Positions 1 through 13,192 of a stretch of DNA of 64,000 bases are shown here, piece after piece. The notes under the pieces were generated by a model, which was given only the letters and a program-made list of their open reading frames with translations, was not told the DNA's origin and made no database searches. A program made the position numbers and the translations under genes. This DNA is from Fimbriosthenelais zetlandica (taxonomy: Eukaryota): the NCBI GenBank assembly GCA_977030845.1, contig OZ365113.1:20336001-20400000 (forward strand), given 5' to 3'. Each line of letters opens with the position of its first letter. Positions within the stretch are counted from its first letter, which is position 1.

Positions 1-3000
1 ACCTATGGGGCCTGGAGCTCAGCCCATCTTCACCTAACTTCATTACCTTAATTATCTTAATTTTCACTTAACCCTGACCCTCATGGGAAGATGCCCCTTC
101 GTGAGGTGCCTTCAGGCAAGAATGACATCTCCCTGCAGGGTATCTCATAAATTATATTGCCCCATGGGGAGAACTATAAAGGACTGATCTCCCTCTGGAG
201 AAATGGGGCATATCCTTCATACTGGGCTCAGAAACGGTTATGGTTAACATTCTGGGTGGCCTTGATATGAAGCCATTTGATTGAATATTGATTGTATAGT
301 TATTTTACATGTTCTTCTTGTGATTAGTCCTCATATGAATTTTCCGAAGGTGCCTCATGTGCATTCCCTTGGTGAAAAGTTCTTCGATCTTACTGTCCAT
401 TTTGTACCCAATTCATATATATTGGACTCCTCGTTTGACTGCCTGCACTCTTTTGCGTCCCCTCTGTAACAGGATCTGGTGAACTAGGTCTTCTTTTGCC
501 CTAAGAACTTCACCATACCTGTTTGTCCTGTCACAATGTCAAGGGTAATCCCAAAATGTGCAACTGTCAGTGAGAAATTTAATAACGTTATGGATCCCTG
601 TGGAAGAAGTAAACAACGCCTCAGTTTCTTTGATCCAAATGGGGGCCACACAAGTACACCTGACCCAATTTGTTGGGTTCCAATGGAGACATCTGAATGA
701 TGTTATCCTATGTCAAGTCCCCAGTGATGAATATATAAGTGGAAAGAGATCACTTTGAGCCAATCAACCTTATTAACATTCGTTATGTTCTTTAATGTGG
801 GTGTGGTGCTAGTTAACCCTCTTCGTCTTTGACCAAACCGCACATGTAGCTTGTCTTCGATATTCTCTTCCCCTTTTATATTTCGTCATTGTAATATGTA
901 AACTTTTTGTTGACTACTTGGGGTTGAAGAACCACATATTTAATAGAACATAAAAATAGAACATAATGCTGGGTACATTATGGCCAATCAAGTGCAACTA
1001 GGGCATCTCTTAAGCTCAGCACCATGCCATTGTTTGTGTGTTGCCACTCTTAGTTTGGCAGACTTACTCCACCTGGGATTCCCATATGATTTGGATGAAT
1101 ACATATTAAACAAGTCGTTTGCCAACACTTCAGAGAAAAAAACACATATATATAGGAAAACATATCAACATAGAAAATGTCCTGGACACAATAAGATGTC
1201 ATCTGTTGTGAGGACATTGCCAGGAATGCCACCAATGGTTTCTTCTTATCTCTTATTTGCGATCCAATTTCTACGTGGTAATAAAGTCCAATATTACCAT
1301 TGGCTGACCTACCAGTTCCTTTTTTGATAGAGAAGAATTTAGTTGCTTGGGTCAATGATCCCGTCATCAGTGGTAGATTGCCTGGTATTTGCATTGTTTC
1401 CAGTCCATACCCTTCCAATATATCAGAGACGTAATATAAAGCGACGTTTGCCACATACAACTGATTTGTCCTGCCACAGCCCTGTAATATTTCACAGTGG
1501 CATAAATATTATACCAATTCTTTTTGCTTCTATTCATGACACGTCTTTGACGTCATCATGTATTGACATTTTTTTTTTGCATTTCCACACAGTGAATGCT
1601 CTCTACTCATATCGAATAAGGAATTGTGATGCTATAATTTATCCTTAAATTGCAATTGGACTATTTAAAATCTGATCCTGACCATGATATTATCTGATGG
1701 TATCGGTTAAATGTATTGCTCAGATTCTTTGTTGTTCAATAATGGCTGTTTATCCAGTTGCTTAGCCTTCCGCCACGCCATCAATATTGAATTCATTTTT
1801 ACATCAATTTTTGAGCTGCTTGATTTCAATTTCGACTACCCTCCTCAACATTTTGCTGCAGGCAATGTATGTTTTGCTGAACTAAAAAAAGGCAAATAAA
1901 TTATTTGAGAATTTACTTTGGAAAAAGGTCAGACTTGATACATTTTGTGGAGGCGTTGACTTATATCCTCGGACTTCGTTCTTAAATCCTTGATATCCAC
2001 CCATGGGATTCAGAATGTTGCATCGACTTCAGAGAAAGATCCTCTTCACAGCTCAACCAGGAGAAATCCCCCGAGGAGAGAAGCTTTAAGCCCAGTAGCT
2101 AGGGGATACCCAAAGAAAGCACCACCCATCTTCACATCAAGCTCTCGTCATTCATGCCTTCTTGCCTGGGCTTGCCTCTTTCCAAAGGTGGAGAAACCCG
2201 TCTGCAATCTTTTGGGTGAAGAAGATATCCTCCGTTGGGACAACGGTCTAGCCATGGCTTATAGGCAACCGTGTGGAAAAAGACGATTAGTACATAAAAT
2301 GGGTCATTAGAAATGGCGGCCTTCCCAAGACGAGGTAGAGGTAGGGTCAATGCAGGGGATCATGAATATGACCCAGGTTGGTAACCAAGAACCTCATCAG
2401 GCTACTTGTTTCATTCCCTCAGATATTTTGCTTTAGTTTATTGCATGGAGTCTATATAGAACGGAAAAACAAAACCCTCCAAATATGAGAAAAGAACTTG
2501 TCCTGAGAAAGGGTCCCTGTACATCTCAAGAGCTCTGATTGTTACACGGTGACATAAGCCGACAGCGCAGTAGTCAATTGTGTTGCCCACATCGGCGTGT
2601 CTGGCAGGACAGCAGGGATCCTGGTTGAGCAATTGGCCTGAGCTCATGCCTTGCCCAGACTATATAAACCTGCACCATCATCTCCGATTACTTCCAGGTC
2701 TTTCGGAGGTATATCATGAGTTAGACACTTTACTGTATACATGTATGTATATGACAATGACTACCATGCAGTATCGGTTTTGGAGGGAACATATACATCA
2801 CAGAACACTACTATAGTCGCACTGAATCTTGACGTTTTGAATGACACAGGTTTAGGTATGATGACCTAGCTAATAGTATGGGGGAAGTACTAGCCGTCAT
2901 TAGCTTGCCATTTTAGATGACCTTCTTCATGACAATTTTCAAGATTTCATTTCCTTATGACAGAGAGAAGAGTTCTAATCCTCCGGAACACATGTACTCT

Positions 3001-6000
3001 AACGGGTATATATACAGAATACTGAGTAGATGGCGGATATGTTAGTTCACGGTTGGATCAAGCATGACTTTAACGACCCAGTGCTTGAGGTTACAGGCCC
3101 TTCTGTTATCGTGCATCAATGCTCTAGAGTAGTGTGACTGCTTTCAGGCAAATCCGAAAGTCCCTGAAGACATGCGTAATACAAATGGCGTCCAATCATG
3201 GCACTGACCTATCAGGCATGAAATCACCCTCTATGGGACACTCCTCTATGCTCAACCATCTTTCAAACTGGAGACTCCTTCAATGTGTTCAGCTGTAGGA
3301 GAGAGAGGGCAATCCAAACTACAGTACATCTCCCTATTAGAGATAAGGGTTCTTGTTGCTTGGATAAAAGTCAGAGCTCAGGTCAGCCTTGGCCGTCTGA
3401 GGCCCCAGATCGTGAGCTAAATGGCATGAGAATGATCCTTTATACATCAAGACGACGACAATGTTTTGTGCTGTTATATTCAAACTCTCTCACAAATTGT
3501 TCCTTTACATTGCCTGAGAAGGAGCTTCAATAAGCATATTGTTGTTTATGCTGGGGGATACTGTATCACCTAGTTCATCTTGCCATTATAGCGTATACCT
3601 ATTTGCCACTTTACTTCTGTGATCGAAACATTCGATATAGAATCCCCAGCTTGTTTTCTTATTCAAGTTTCCAGCTATGTGATTTGAGAACTGAAAGATG
3701 TACTGAAACTTTGACTTCTCTGCATATCTTTATTAGTATGCAGAAGCTGAAGCTTTCTGAGGCCAGCGGTTAAAAGTCTGTAGGAGTAGGTCTTCTTCCT
3801 CTTTCAGCACCCAAGTTCCAACCCTCTATACCGCCTCTCCATACCTAATCGTGGACCTCTTGTAAGCCCCACTCCCATCACAGTCCACCCAGGTCCTTAA
3901 TCAATCCGCAGTCAGGGTCGATAGGACCACCCATTCACTGAAATAAGGTGGATGAGCTTCTCCCCTCTCTACTGGCTTAAGTCACCATTGGTAACGGCCA
4001 TTTTCGTCTCAGTGAATTGCCGATTCCATTATTGGAAAGTTTTGTTCGCATCTGCTGCTAATAAATATTCCTTTACATAAATGGAAATAATGACGAAATT
4101 TATTCAATTTTGATAATAATGAATGAGTAAAGGTGTTTGAGTTGAGTGATCAATCTCTTATTGCAAGAACAACCTTATCTGTTGCTAAGGAACTACATTC
4201 CCCTGACGTAAACAAGGTCTCTTATAGACCCAACTATAAATCCCTTTATGGTTTCCATTGAAGCAGAGATTAAGAATGAATATGTCTTAATATCTCATCA
4301 GTGGCAGCGTTCCTTCATTTTATATGACTTAAAGAGGCTCAGATCAGTGTGCCTTCTATATTGCGGATGTCCCGAAGCACTCTTTAAATTGAGCCCATAA
4401 CCACTGCATCCCGCACCTATTGCGTTTGCATTTAATATCCTAGTTTCCCCTTAAGATAGCCAGAAGCTTTAATATCCTTTATGAAGTACTTATATTTATA
4501 TTTTATTCAACATCCTCAGCTGAAAAGAGCCACACCAACGTCACATCATTATCCCCTGTGATTGGCAATAATTCAATCAAGATGAAGCCATGAAATATGG
4601 TAATTGATCATCTGACGATATTACAAGTACATCAGCATTCTTTGGTATAGCAGCTCGCCCAACCTTATTACCAGACAGCCCTATACTAAATACCTTCTCC
4701 AGTAAGTACTAAGACTTGCGGAAAATGTGATTATATTCAAATTAGTTGTCAATAATGGAGGATGTATGTCTGTAGTTACAATGTAGAGAGGGCTATGTAG
4801 GGCTGATGCGACTTAATGTACGATGTCTTTTTCAACCTCTTGCAGTCAGGGTAATCAAGGGAGAGAGTAATGTCATACCCATCAGAGATTAATCTGTCCC
4901 CTATAGCAGTTTTTACTAGTGCTACTTACAACGACAAATGTAGGCCTACACGGAACAACCTTTTCCGGGGCATTTTAGCTTGCTGGCAGGTCCTGCTCCA
5001 TTCTGAATTGTTTTTTTAAAAATATATATATAATTTACTTCTGTATAGATTCTAATAACATTCAGGATACCATTTTTTTGTGATAATTCGAGGTTTGCAA
5101 AGACCGACACCCACACGTGTCTTCAGAGCCCTTGTCCAAAAGTTAAAGTGAAACAACATACAGTTAATGTCCAGTTGTAATCTTCTTAAAAAGTCATGTT
5201 GATAGTCTTCTCGGCGAGGTTGTTTATCAGATTGTCAAGGCATTATGGTGGGGAAATTGCTTCTCTATTTTTCCAAGAGATCCTGCTGTAACTGCCTCCA
5301 GCAATGCTACATAATGCATATTGATTAACATTCAGATATTCCCGAGGTTGCACTTTATTCCTGTTTCAGTGCGCAAACAAGGTCGCATCTACTACTGAAT
5401 TGGAAGAGCGACGTCGAAGACCACCAGCCCAAGCAGCATCAGTATGGCCCACCAAGCTTCCAATTGCCAAGGGTTGAGAATGATTAAATCTGGTTAAGAC
5501 TCACAGAAGTCTACTTGATGAAAAAGGCCATACATAGAATGAGGACTCCGATCTATCCCCGATGAGGAGTAAACCTGGGTGAGTATTACATTCATTTACA
5601 TCCATAATGGGTCTCTACGCAACAATATCCCCCCCATGATAGTGAGAAGGCTTAAAGGACCTGAGCATTAAAACATGTCAGACGATTGTATAGGGTTTGG
5701 AGATATGTATGAAAGAGTCGAGAGTGTTAGATGGGAAAACAAACATAGTCGAGTTCCTCCTTCTCCTCCAGCTTCTGCTGCTTTTGCAGCATGTATAAAA
5801 TATTTGCTCAGCCATCAAGGAGATGAGGTGAGAGTGTGAACAAACCGCGAGCACACAATGTGGTGTCAGGCTGAGAAATTGAGTGGGTCCAGAACAATTA
5901 TTGCCATCCTTGCCTGCTGCTAGAGAGAGGCAGAATCCTCACTCTCAGAGTGGATATTTACTTGCTTCTCTGCCAATATTGATCAATAAAGCGCTAATTG

Positions 6001-9000
6001 AGTTCTCCTGTAAATGGCATAATAAGGGCAGGAGCTAATGATGATGATATCTCAATGAATTATTGGTTTTATAATGAAGATATGAATAGCTCTTATTTAA
6101 CGTTTGCTTCAACTCTAGAAGCCAAACCTTGCAAAAAGATTCATAGGAATATAGGGCTTAATAGGGACTATATACCAACTATTGTGCCCATCAAGTACCA
6201 GGGATAGCAATTAGGGATAAGTACCAAAAGGACTCCCTGGGTTTAGGAGGCAATTGCAGTTGTGATACTGCCATGGTGAAACTATAGAATTCAATCCAGT
6301 TCCATGATTAACCGAATCTAGAGGCATATTACAAGAATTGCCTTTGAGTGTAATGGTCCAATCTAAGTGCCTGTAATCAATGACTAAAATGAAAAATTCA
6401 ATTATGTAGAGCTGTCGTTGCAATTGCCAGGCAGAGACGTGTTACTTGATGCCAATTCAATTGTCGAAGACAGAAAGCAGGGACTAAAAAATACTGGAGG
6501 ATGTTAATTTGAGGGACCTGCATTATGTTGACTGGTGAAGGCGGGCGAGGTAGAAAGTTAGAGCGATTCAGAGAGACGTGGAAGACAAGGATATCTTACA
6601 GACCTGTGTTCTTGACGGATCCCCAGGGATACGCCTGGATTAATGGTCTGGCACCTTGTATCATACCCTAAGGTATAGGAAAGGAAAGTATCGAGTGCGG
6701 CTGGGATAAGCTTGCATCTGTTGGTGAATGCGACCCGGGGGACAACCACCATATTTCCAAACAGCGCAAAGGTTATTATTGTACACCCTGATTTCTGTAC
6801 TCTATAAACTCATGGACCGTTGCTTGGTCCATCAGAGTGCGCCTGGTGCAAATCAGGCTTCTGAATTATCAACAGCAAATCAGTAAGTCGATCAATTCGA
6901 CTCCCGGGTCTAAAACTATAATGCCTGACGCACATCAGACCTTGTTGTCTGGAAGCAGCAACTTGACAAGTTATATGATATAAGCATTATTATTTGAAAA
7001 TTGTAATTTGTAATTATAGAAGAAGAGTTTAAACTAGTTTCCTTTTCAAAACGTCCCAAGATACATTTCTTTCAATTGTATTTGAACTTTCCGAAGGCGG
7101 GGTACGCCATTAAATACACAACCACTATGAACTGGCTGCAATAAATTTAGACTGTGATAGATGCTTATTGAATGTATACATATATATGTTGAAAACTGTC
7201 AATGTCTGCATACCCTCCCTCTCTCCTACCGCCGTATTCTTCATCTATTTCTGACCTCAGGTAATGTGAAGATTCTCTCCGCACTTCAAGGAGATCCAAA
7301 CAATACACGTGCCCTGCATCTGCTCAGTGATAATTCCCCGGCCTCTCCTTTGATAAATATCTGTGGGCTTTGCCTCAGTTGAGACATCAGCACAAGCAGC
7401 CCTCTTCTTTCTTGTATGTTCTTCTCAAATATTTCATCCTGCAATGAGATGAGGAATCTGATTAATTCAGGGTCGTGGACAATGCCAATTAATTGTTGAG
7501 AGAGAAAAGAAAGAACCCCCTGATGAGGTTACTCCCCCAGCAGATCCTTTCGGTAGTTCCAACATTGAAATGAAAACACATTTAGATCTAAAATAAAACT
7601 GTGAAGAGGACCCCAGGTAGAAAAAGTACAAAGGAAATACTGTGATGGAAATAGACTACTGTGCCTTCACACAATTATTCCCATTGTCAAAAGAGTTGGT
7701 GCCTTGAAATGGTTGTCATTTCTCAGGATCTAGCCTCGAGATGTGCTTACTGATTACGGGATCTCTTATTAATATGAGCATAGATATAATTGCCCGGCGT
7801 AATTGTATTAAAATGGATGCCACATGTGGAGGGTGTTTGCTAATAGTGATGGGTTAGAATTAATGAATTGATGAAGTTTTCATCTCATAGAAAAGAAAAT
7901 CATTCGAGTAGGTTATCATGTTGGCTTCTCAGTTGAAACGTGAAACCAGGAGCATCTTTGAAATTAGAAATGAAATTAGTATGATGGCTTTATCGTGTAA
8001 CATAGATTCGATTTACATCTTAAAGGGAGGGATACGTAGTAATTGCCTTCCTAATGTAATAGCGTATGAGCGATTCTGATGTGTTCTGGATGTGGCTGAC
8101 TAGACATTGATTTGGGTCGACATATCTCAAGGTACCATATACCATGTGGAGTACAATAATATATATTGTCTATATGGAGAGTATACAGTAAAGTACACCT
8201 GCATGAATCCTGATATATCGTACTCAGTATGTGAAGTCTTGTATTTTAGTAGCTACTGAGTGTCACTGCAGCAATTGCAATGCAATTCCTCAAATGGTAC
8301 AAGGAAGGATTATTGCATTAAACAGAATTACATTAGTCACTATTCTAATATTATATTCCAAGGGAAGGAATGATCTGCGGAAAATGGGAATTCCACTTTT
8401 TAGTTTGCAAATCCGTAGAGAAGGGAACATCTTTGAATTATAGAAATCAGGAGTAATAAAAAGGTCATTGTGGAAGTTCTAGAAGCAGATGAAATTCAAA
8501 GCCGGAAAGAGCTAGTAGAAGTGAAAGCAACATTGGCAACGTCCTCCAGAGATGCTGCGCTGACCTTTGACGGAATAACATCATTGGAAAACCCCACAGA
8601 GCCTCTCCAACTTCATGTCGCATTCCCGGGTCTTCGATTATTCAAGGATGTAATGACATTCTAGCTTCGAAGATGAGGAACTTCAGATTTGAAGTCTGGG
8701 AAGATGGCAGAAAGGCACTGGGCCCGAGGCTCCTCTATTCATTGCTCTGTCTTATATAATTTAAGAGGAAAAAGTCATGATTGATTTTGTTTTCATGAAC
8801 TTCTTCGTTCTGCAGAATAAAAACTTTTCCTCAAAAGCTTTCAGCTGTATATAAAAGCCCTTGATATATAGAATAAAGCATTAGAGTTGGGTGTTTGTGT
8901 GATCACATTTTTATATCTGAATGAAAAAGTCATTGAGCTTTCAAGTACAGCACTTTCTCATCATACTTTTTATGATTAGCTTTGTATAAGTTATTTAACT

Positions 9001-10431
9001 GTCTTATTTTCATTAAGAAGAAAGTAAGTAGAAGAGCTTCCTTGTGGATGTTCATAGGTCTTGCTTGATGCGAGTGGTCTTCCTTATCAGCTTGATTAGT
9101 ATCTTGAGTGTGATGATAGGTGTGAATCTGAGACTACATGGGTCTTTCAGCTGGTGATGGAAACTCTCCTGCTTCATTGCTCGTCCCAAGTACCTGATTT
9201 GCGTGATGATGGTTATTTGGTCACAAATCCCTCCCCTGATAATACTTGTACATATATACACACTGATCTCCTTAATTTCAGTGGGAATGGCAAGGCAGTG
9301 TCCTGGCCACCATCCCAACAGCCAGTTTCATGGCATTCAGGAGTGGTCAAATTAGAGGCCATATATATGGCCAATGCAGCTCGTATGTGGGGAGGATCAT
9401 ACGGTTGTGACGTGTTTTTTCTACTTATGCTGTCTTGCTTGTTTCCTTGCTCTTTCTTAGTGCATCCAGACATTCAGTCTGCTCTGACTTGGTCCAGATA
9501 AGACTTTATTACCGAAAACAGAGATGGACCCCTTCCATGCATATTCCTCAATCAAAACTAGAACCTTGACATTGCCTGATGTATTATACTTTGTAATTTT
9601 TCAAGGAATTCACACTTTGATTGATTGAGTCTAGACGCCACAGACAAGTTAAGTCTATCATGCTGATACGGACAAATAGGAAGTACAGAGGCATAAACGA
9701 TTGCCTTTAAGAAGCCCCCATGTCACTGCCCAGTCTGCTGGTTCATTATTATTTACTTTCTGAATGTGAGTTTGTTGTGTGTATATGCATCCGTTCCTGG
9801 TTCTTAAGTCTCCTCTACATAGATGCTGTATAATGGATTGCCTTAATTGAGGTAATCCCATCGCCTGGCTCAGTCCAACTGAATTGCCTCCATTCATATC
9901 ACCGCTTGCAAAGATGTTCCATAGGAAGCAATATGAGTAGAAATATCATAAAGATTTACCCGTGTCTCCCTTTTATGTCACAATGTTTTGATTAAGGGAA
10001 CAGGATTAGCTGAGCCCTGAATGGGAAAGTAGAAAGGTGGTATATAGAAGGCAATCCTACTGATAAGTCTAACGAATCTCAGTCAACTTAAATGCCTATA
10101 CACCACTACACGACTAAGGACGGGTTGTGTAACAAATGACGCAATTCAGTATATGATGAAGTTGAAATTGTTGAAATCTTGGACTTTTCCTTCTTTGTAA
10201 GTCGGTTTAAATGAGCTCAGGAAGTCTTTAGTGTTCCCGAAATAGGTGCAAGTGATTTTTGATAGGTTTGGCCAGGATTGAATGAAGTTTGAAAAGTGGA
10301 GGAGAGACTGGCTTTTGGGACTGTGCCCCACCGTCTCCCTTGGAGGGAAGGCAGTGTAACAGCCCCTGTCAGTCGGACTATCACCCTAGGCTTTGCACAA
10401 GGACCTGCCAGTTGAGGGTCCGAGACGAGGT

Positions 10432-10729
10432 CAGGCTTCCTGGAAAATCCCTGAATAGAGTGATGATTTTGGAAAGTTATTGAAAAGTTGTGGAATCAAT
10501 TTTAGTAAAAGTTATTAAAATTGTGGAAAGGTTATGGAAAATCAACATTATGCAGTGGCTATACTTGTAAAGTGATATACCAATTTTAATAGAATGGGGA
10601 AAAATAAAATAATGATGTCTATATTTCAAGAATCTTTGGCCCAAAGCACTGCTAATTTGCCATGTTTTGGTATCTGAAAGTCATGGACAAGTTGTGGAAT
10701 TAGATTTTGACATTTCTGTGGGAACCCAG
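10432..10729. mobile_element. Degenerate non-autonomous repeat with GGGTTCCCACA-type end
   Basis: Right end tgtgggaacccag and internal aagtt(a/g)tggaa repeats resemble a common marine-invertebrate MITE type (recall only); left end is degraded. Confidence 0.35.
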
Positions 10730-13052
10730 GTAACAGTAACCTTCTTATATTTTATACACGTCTGCCATCCGCCCCTTGAATCTGCAAGTATTGACTTTTT
10801 TTGAAATCGAGTAACATGATGAGAATTTGATATCATGGAGGACACCCACTCAGCTATGGAGCTATAAGAGTTACAATGTATTTAAATTTATTATGGTGAA
10901 TGCGATGCTGTATATCATAGAGAATAATAACATATATATGAACCACCTTCCATGACAAAGACGAGGATGTCAATGAAATAACAATCGTGGCTCAAGCTAT
11001 GTCAGATCTGAAGTTTTTTGTCTTCTTGTAAGCCAAAAGAATGTAGAACAAACATGTCCTTGTCAGCTCTGCTTGTCTCAAGGCTTGTATGTTTGTGCCT
11101 TGTCGGCATGAGCATAGGGAACTATTTTCTTGGTGGAATGGTTTCACTCAGTGGATGTCTGTCACCCTATCACTACCGATGGGATAATTACAATGTACAC
11201 CCCGTCAGCTTGTTTCCATCATCAAAGACAGTTCTGCCTGTGTAGCTGTGAAAATTGCTTTTAGTGACGGTTGAAGCACTGTCTGTCAATCTGATACGAG
11301 CCTGGCCTTATGTCAATGTGCCAAAGCTATCAGGCTTCAGGAGGCTTGCAGAGAATGTGGTAAGAAAAGCCAGAGCTAAGAAGCTAAACAAAGTCATAGT
11401 TCTCTCTGTACTTATCACTCTGTGATGTAAATGAACCGCACCATTATGTTGAGCTGTACTCATATTGAGACACAAAAATATTTGTTGCCTTCTTTATTAT
11501 TTCCATTATGATGACCTTTAACAGATTAGGTCAGTTTTTAAGGTACAGCTCCTAACTTACTTATATGTACCAAATAGGTTCCAAGGGAAAGCACAGAACC
11601 TAACCAGTTTCTCTGAAAAATTCGATTCAATAAATTTAACCAGCCAGACAGTGGCTGATTGCCTAGGGGCTGTGTCTGAATTGAATCCTGAAAGGCTAAT
11701 TAATGCAATGAAAGTTGCTTTCAGTGTTCCAAATGCATGTTCTTATGTTGCTTTTCTTCTAACTTGTAACTTGCACATTTATTCTAACTTGCTAACTTGC
11801 CATAACATTGTGGGCTGTAATGGACAGACCTCTCTTTGGCCAAAATCACCCTGGCACCAATGGATATGGGAAGGGAAATCGTTGAAACAATAAAAAGTGC
11901 AGCTATTGTATGTAGAGCCGACAGCTGAGTTATAAGTCTAGGGACGTGTTCCACCTCCTACATTTCAATCTTCATTTGATGGTCCACGTGACCTCATTAA
12001 AGCTTCCGGATAGGAGCTCTAGGGGGCGCTTGGCTTTAATAATTGTTGATGAAGCAATGAGACCCAAGGGGAACAAAAAGTTCAGGGTTGGAAAAGAGCC
12101 CCAACACTTGGCTTTTGAAGGCAGAAAGGGTTCACTATAAAACTATGTGGTATAATATTGTTTCAGATAAGTAAACTGCATATTATTTGCATATATTCTT
12201 TCCTTCTCTGTATCTATATCCTTCTCATACGTATTTTGCCATGAATTCTAACTTTATCAAATTGCCTGCGAGTTTTTTGTTCTGTTCCCCTCCGAAACTC
12301 TATTAATCTTCTTTTTTCTAGCCCTGACCTTACCTCTAGACTTAAAGACAAATTCAATATTCAACAGTACATCGAGCTTTTTCGTTTGTACCTTTTGATA
12401 TGTGAACCAACAAAGGCACCTGTAAATGACTTGATTCAACACATTGTTCAGACAGAGCATCAATTTTCCTCTTCTTCGACGCGAGAGGGTTCTTAATATG
12501 AAACCCCGCACAAAACATGAGTGTATCATAAAGGTCTATATATGTTTCACCTGTTTCTACTTGCACCTTGCCTTACACAAAAGATATTCTGTTAAAAATA
12601 GATCCCAAATAAAGGATCTATAGTTCCACCCTCTAAAGCTATGCACTCTCTTGAGGCTGCAGCATCCGACCCCCTTGAACTGTTATACATATTATCATAT
12701 ATACAAATATTCTAATCTATTCCAAGCACGGTGCATGATGCTTTAATGATTTTCACGTACAGCTTTTTACAACTGTCTGTTTTTTCGGCATGCTAGAGCA
12801 ACTGCTACAATGTTCACAATCCATCCAAAACCGTGTCCGAAATCCGCTACTCGCTCAAAGAAAGCCATGCATGTAAAGCCTTGATTCATCTATATAGGCT
12901 TTAGTAATTGAAACCTTTGTAATTTAGCAATATGAACCTTGAGGATAAAAAGTAATTTGATACAGAGTACAATTTTCAAATTACTGTATGAGCATACATA
13001 CTAGGCCTAACGCTCTCTCTGCACAATAAGTGTCATATATCGTTTGATCACG

Positions 13053-13192
13053 AAGCCCTGCAAAGGTCTGTGATGTGTTGGCGGACTGTTCGCGAGCCTT
13101 CGCGATGCAGCTGATCCCTTATTTTGAAATTCTTTAGATGATAAGTTTTTCGGGATGTGTCCCTTAGGGGTTCACAAACCTTCACGGGGCCT
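13053..13192. mobile_element. Old MITE-like element, ~140 bp
   Basis: Imperfect 21-bp TIRs (16/21, all mismatches transitions): aagccctgcaaaggtctgtga versus aggccccgtgaaggtttgtga; no TSD seen. Confidence 0.45.

Noticed and set aside
6558-6752. YDTRC in a 64-aa ORF, resembling hepacivirus RdRp motif A (YDTRCFD)
   Set aside because: Only five residues match, and motifs B and C (GDD) are absent downstream.
9658-9897. DWAVTWGLL and LNQSKCE resembling LINE RT thumb motifs
   Set aside because: The two motifs are in different frames, and no YADD/FADD or PQG motif lies upstream.
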